A stretch of 64,000 bases of DNA, from assembly GCF_009914755.1 (NCBI RefSeq), contig NC_060935.1; one strand, written 5' to 3'. The DNA is from the human T2T-CHM13v2.0 reference genome, Homo sapiens. Below are positions 58,441 through 64,000 of the stretch, piece after piece. The notes under the pieces are model-generated. The model saw nothing but the letters and a program-made list of their open reading frames with translations. It was not told where the DNA came from and did no database searches. The stretch's first letter is position 1. Each line of letters opens with the position of its first letter. The position numbers and the translations under genes are program-made.

Positions 58441-61400
58441 GAGAGAAAATGACTTGGACCCTTTTTGTCTCATTTAAGAGCTTGCTGAACTTTAGGCCCT
58501 TCCAGCTCTTCTGTACCATGATTCTTTGAGGTAAAGTTATATCAACAATCGGGTGTTTGGAGAAGATTGAAGAAATAGTTCCATTGGTACATTTGTTTTT
58601 AAAATTTAGAGATGGAGGAGTGAGCAGAAAAGCAACTGAAAGAATTACCATTACTTTGATCATAATGGTAACTTTCAGAAATGTTTTAAGAGCTGATAAA
58701 ATTTGATGATTAAAGGTACTTTATTAAGCTAAACATTATTCTTAAAATAATATTGTTTCTTTGTAGAAGACTTTATTCCTTAGATATATGGTGATTTGTA
58801 TTTTTGGTCCCTTTTTTTAAGCCATAGCCACAGAATGGTAACAAATAGTTTTTTCCCCCCTACTATACTATTTTATGCTTGGATACCCCCGCCATTAACA
58901 AATTACAAAAGTATATAGTATTGCCAGTTAGATCTGAAAGATGGAATTAGAAATGGAAATGTAATTTTACATGATAGTAAGACTTTTCTAACTACGTTTG
59001 TTGAAAACAGCATAGTCTTTATTATTTTTATCTTTGAATTTTCTTGTCTAGCGTATCAGTTCAGTAAATGTTTGTCAAATTGAATCAAATCTTATTCATC
59101 CTTATTGAGCAAACCCTACATATGTTCAATATTTTAATTTCCTTCTGGAGCATGTTTTTAACATACTAAAATACAAAGAGAAAACTTAGAAAATCTGCAG
59201 TTGAACAGGTTTTAAATGTTGTAAACTACCAGTTTCTTTACACTGGAGTCAACTGTGAAACTAAGGTGCTTTGTTCTCCTACTAGGCAATAATCAAAACA
59301 CATTAGAGATTGATTATATTTTCCATATTAAGACTGAATTTTTTTTTGTTTTTGAGACTAGTCTTCCTGGTTCTTGACGATACAGATGAATGTATGGTCT
59401 ATTTTGATAGTCTTCAATTTGGTAATCATTAATGCTTGTCACCTGTAAATTGTGTGCCTCCATTGGAATTGGGGAAGATTGACTTATTCTGAACATAATA
59501 AGGCATTTGAAATACACCAAGATAAAGTAGATGTAAGTGTGTTTGTGTAGAAAGCTTTGCCAGGTGCACTAGACCCAGAAAACCACATTCTGTCCCAGTT
59601 AATTTGTTTTGTGGCATGAAGCTATGTGATGGAATGTTAATGTCAGCAACCTCTTTATTTACGCACCAAGGAAAAAGGAGTAGTAATTAACACTTTGACA
59701 CTCCCCCATTGATGTGTAATTGACTGTTTCAAAGGAGCACTGGTTCATAAGCTATTGCATGCATTAAAACTGGGTTTTCTATATTGCAGCATTTTAAGAC
59801 AGGGGTCAGTGACAATGCAGAAATTGCTCAATGATGCACTTTTTTTATTACTGCATTAAGGTTTTGACATATTAGTAATGAATAAATGTTTCCATAAAAT
59901 TAGATTTTTTATAACTTTAAAATTGAAATATGACACAGTACACTGTGACTTCCTCTTTGATGGTAGTATTTTAGTTTTATGAAACAAAGCACAGCTTCCT
60001 ACAAAGTCTTTAACTCATACTTCACTGCCTTAGTAGTTTGATTTTTCAGAACAAGAGTCCTAAGGGTTTTAAGTTTGGTTCTTTGTTACTTTAAACATCA
60101 ATTTAAAGTGTTTTTAGATGCAAGTTTTCACATGTAAAATAGATAACGGTTTTATGGAATTCAGCCTAGAAATAATCTTCATTCCTCTGATAAGTTTTTT
60201 CATTTATGGTAAGATTGTAACTGCAGAAAAGATAAGCAGTAAAATAGATTTAATTTCAGGAGTATTTAAAATAATAGAAATTTCAGAAGTTTCTATCACT
60301 TTATATTGAAAGAGAGTTGTCTGTCCATGCCAATAGAACTGAGAATGTTAAGGAATTTTTGAAAAAAATCTTTAATACTTATTCATTGATAAGAAAAAAT
60401 TCGTTAACATTGCTAATTTATTGTGCCAGCTAGAATTCAAATTCTTTCATTTGCCTTACGTTTCTTGAACATCTATGCAAATCAGTATTCTATTAGAAAT
60501 TTGTTTATATGCTTTTCAGAAAACATCTTTATATTAATGTGTATATTTTTTATTTTAATTGTATAATTAAACATTTATTACAGCTGAAAGCCTAGTGACA
60601 ACTATCTAGATTCCACAAGTTGCAATCAGTTTGTCAGAACATTTTCCTTTATTAACACTGACAACTTAGGCCAACAGTAGCATTATCTTGTGTCAACTGA
60701 ATTGCCCTAACATGTCCACATGTAATCTGGTGTTATCCAGTTGCTACCTTTTGCTTCAGAAAGTTAATCGGCATCTAATTTGCATTGTTAATTAGGGTTA
60801 ATGTGCACTAATTGATTTCTTGGCGCCTGTAGATTTCCATTAAACCCAGTTAGCAATACTTCCTTGTATACCTCATTCATTTGAGTTATGGTGATCATGT
60901 TTTTGTTGAATCTGTGCCAAATAGGAAGCCTGTATCATAATTACAGCTAATTAACAGATGATCATGTCCTATGTTAATGGGCTTCCCTAATCTTCCACTA
61001 ATATATGAATGTTATAAATTTAAAATTTATTTATGGAGTGTTTAGAGAGTGAACTTTTTAAACAATACAGACTTGAAGCTCTGAATTTATTACAGGGCAC
61101 TTGATTGATCATTTGCTGATTTTACATAGTTCAAAAGTTCAGAGAAAAGGAACATGTAAATCTAGATTAGTTTTAGAAACTTAGTTTTATAATTAATAAG
61201 TTAGCATCAAAACAAGTATATATGATATTATGTTAGAATTCTGCTCCTACTTAGGACTAGGTTATATATTTAGGATTCCTAATTTTTAAAATTTCTAGCC
61301 CTTTATTTTAGAAATGAACCTATTCTAGGCCTAGCACTGCTATTTTTTGACTATAAGTCCCCATTTAACCTCTTTGCTCCTCAGTTTTGTTTTTAAAGTG

Positions 61401-62205
61401 AAAGGATCAGGACTGGGTAATTCCTTAAGTTTTCTTCTAGGCCTAACACATTGTTGTTATTTGAATAATTACAACAGCATGTTTCATTAGAAATTATAAT
61501 GCAAAATTTGAATTATTTGTGCAATTTTCTACTTTTGTCTTATAAAGAACAAGTATCACTTTTAATGGTATTCTTTAATTATATCTAGTACTAACTGTAT
61601 TGGCCTATAAATGTTAAATGACACACACACTTTGACAGTTTTGGTTTGTAAGTAGTTTTGATTTTTAAATAGTGACCTGAAGCAAAATGGAATGTTTTCA
61701 TAACTGAAAATGTTTGTGAAAGTATTTTAAAACTTCAGGTTTACCAGTAATAGTAACACAGAAAAAACTAATAAGTAGATAAGAAATCCTCTGTGTTTAA
61801 ATGAAGAGCTATTAGTGTGAAAAATAAGCTTAGGTAATTTAACTAAATAGAAATTGTTCTTATGAAATGTACTTTGTAGATTTTATCTCCTAAAATGTAT
61901 AACTATTTAAAAATGTAAAATGTGCAAAACTTTTAGGGTCTAAAAATAATCATTTTATGGCCGATTCTTAACTTTGAATCTATCACCTATGGTACTATAG
62001 AAAAATTGTTTTTAATACTCTGTGGAGTCAGTTTATAGTTTGCAAATATAAGAAGCTTTGTCAAAATTGTTCTATATAAGTGCTCAAACAATAATTTCCA
62101 CAATTACAAAAGTAAAAATAATTTCCACAGCTTAACATGAGATGTAATTGTGCAGGTCTTTAATTAGTATGAACACTCATCAGGCTTCACTATTCTGTTT
62201 TCTAG

Positions 62206-62349
62206 GCCTGTTACATGAACAGAATATGGCAAAAATGAGACTACTTACTTTTATGGGAATGGCAGTAGAAAATAAGGAAATTTCTTTTGACACAATGCAG
62301 CAAGAACTTCAGATTGGAGCTGATGATGTTGAAGCATTTGTTATTGACG
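62206..62349 (+). CDS. EIF3M: EIF3M exon 9 (144 nt), PCI-domain region
   Basis: ttctag|GC acceptor; [48 protein letters not shown], matching part of ORF 62148..62411; donor ACG|gtaagg. Confidence 0.97.
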
Positions 62350-62582
62350 GTAAGGCAGACAGAACATTTTCATTTATTTCTAGAATTTCTCATCTACTAC
62401 ATGGATCATAGTAAGATTTTTATCTGGAAACTGAGCCTTACACAACAAAGATTTGTTTATAGCAGATGTGTATTTAGTAGATTAGTGGATATATTTGTTG
62501 TAGGGTGAAAATTTAGTAGAAATATAAACTGCTATATTCTATCCCTTGAAATCACGTAGAACAAAGACGTTTAGGCAATACA

Positions 62583-62750
62583 CCACTGTGGTTAAGAGCA
62601 CAGATTTTAGTATTAGATGTGGATTTAAGACCAGGCCCTTCCTTTGTGAAACAGGAATGTAGGGGTTCATTTGTGGTTGTAAGAATTAAATGAATTAATA
62701 CAGGTAAAGCACAGTGCCTGGCACATAGTAAGTGATCTTTCAAGTGTTAA
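62583..62750. mobile_element. MIR
   Basis: gtggttaagagcacag...ggttgtaagaattaaatga...aaagcacagtgcctggcacatagtaagtg. Confidence 0.7.
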
Positions 62751-63273
62751 CCATTACCAGTTTTTTTATGATTAGCCTAGAAACAAGAACTTCTTCCCCA
62801 ACAATTAGATTATAAAGCAACTTAACTGCTCAGGAATTTTTTCTGAGCTTTTTAAATTTGAAAGTTGGGATTATGCAATTAAGATTAATAAAAGGTACAG
62901 AACTATTGACCTTTTTTCCCCTAATGCTCTAAGTTTTCTATGAAGAAGTAATAACTTAGTAGGAAATTAGTTTATTCCCCTATATGAGATGGTAGGGGAA
63001 GAACACCTAGCATTCTTTTAAAAAAAAAAAAAAAACAGCAAAAAACTGTATGCAGTATTTATTTAATATAGATTGTCCCAGCAGCCATAGGACAAATGCA
63101 TGACCTTTCTTTTGGTTGCCCCATACTGTTTTGCTTATTAGATTTAAACAGTGTATAATGTTGGAAAACAGTATAAAGTTTTATTATGGCTTACTTGGTC
63201 ACAGTTTTCATACCTTAGCTATTTTTCTTGGAAATTTTCCATATAACATACGATATAAAACATCTTTTTTCAG

Positions 63274-63334
63274 CCGTAAGAACTAAAATGGTCTACTGCA
63301 AAATTGATCAGACCCAGAGAAAAGTAGTTGTCAG
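63274..63334 (+). CDS. EIF3M: EIF3M exon 10 (61 nt)
   Basis: ttttcag|CC acceptor; AVRTKMVYCKIDQTQRKVVVS; donor CAG|gtaaga. Confidence 0.97.
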
Positions 63335-63790
63335 GTAAGATATTTAATGCTTTGCAGCATTTTATAGAACGATTTAGTTTGTTCCGATTATTTCACTTAA
63401 ATGTTTAGAGAACCAAGGTGGTGTTATCACTTGACTGTAGTTAAATAGTTGCTATTTATCATAATTTTATTAAAGTTCAGACTGAATGTGATTAGCTTAT
63501 TTAATGAAAGAGTCCTATTTTCCAGCACATTTCATTTAATGGCTGAGCATTGGCTAGAATACTAATGACTTTTATGTCTGCTTTATATAGTTGCTCAGGA
63601 GAATTAGAAGGCTTAGGATCAATATGGTAAAGATTTTTTTTAAATAATTATGTAATTCTTAAATTCTCTTACTATTCTAAATTAGGTATATTTAATCTTG
63701 CTTTTAACTGGATTCAAATCTGTAGTATTATAAAAGAATACCAGAGGCTAAAAGGTTGACTAACACTGTGTTTAATTTTTCAATTTTTAG

Positions 63791-63911
63791 TCATAGCACA
63801 CATCGGACATTTGGAAAACAGCAGTGGCAACAACTGTATGACACACTTAATGCCTGGAAACAAAATCTGAACAAAGTGAAAAACAGCCTTTTGAGTCTTT
63901 CTGATACCTGA
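63791..63911 (+). CDS. EIF3M: EIF3M terminal coding exon 11
   Basis: tttttag|T acceptor; HSTHRTFGKQQWQQLYDTLNAWKQNLNKVKNSLLSLSDT* with TGA at 63909-63911; the 11 exon lengths sum to 1125 nt with consistent phases. Confidence 0.97.
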
Positions 63912-63960
63912 GTTTTTATGCTTATAATTTTTGTTCTTTGAAAAAAAAGCCCTAAATCAT

Positions 63961-63976
63961 AGTAAAACATTATAAA
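63961..63976 (+). terminator. Candidate variant poly(A) signals AGTAAA (63961-66) and TATAAA (63971-76)
   Basis: No AATAAA between the stop codon and the window end; both hexamers are known weaker variants. Confidence 0.45.
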
Positions 63977-64000
63977 CTAAAAAAATTTGCCTAGTCTGGA

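Noticed and set aside
62131-62205. Upstream AGs and an open frame before exon 9
   Set aside because: The alternative acceptors give a frameshift or an immediate stop, and nothing in the sequence supports their use

Overview
Human (primate) genomic DNA with roughly 50 Alu elements. The last 18.6 kb hold a complete EIF3M gene on the + strand. It has 11 coding exons (45402..63911), all introns are GT-AG, and the exons sum to 1125 nt = 374 aa + stop. The promoter is a TATA-less CpG island with a TCT/5'TOP-like start. Intron 5 carries an antisense processed hnRNPA3 pseudogene, and intron 2 carries a tiny U6 retro-fragment with a target-site duplication (TSD). The first ~45 kb are intergenic: Alu, MER1A, MaLR/ERV LTR, L1 and L2/MIR remnants, separated by a few repeat-poor islands that may be enhancers. 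From memory EIF3M lies at 11p13 near WT1; this cannot be verified from the window. Nearly all ORFs in the supplied track are Alu or chance artefacts. I found no clearly new biological system. The best leads are: a phase-symmetric exon 2-4 block between inverted Alus that would form a stop-free circRNA ORF; an unexplained 27-bp direct repeat flanking exon 2, one copy inside a chain of hairpins; a strong alternative donor after exon 6 that would create a premature stop; and an Alu-free, homeodomain/POU/SOX-motif-rich intron 8. Repeat boundaries and subfamily names are approximate and were assigned by eye.
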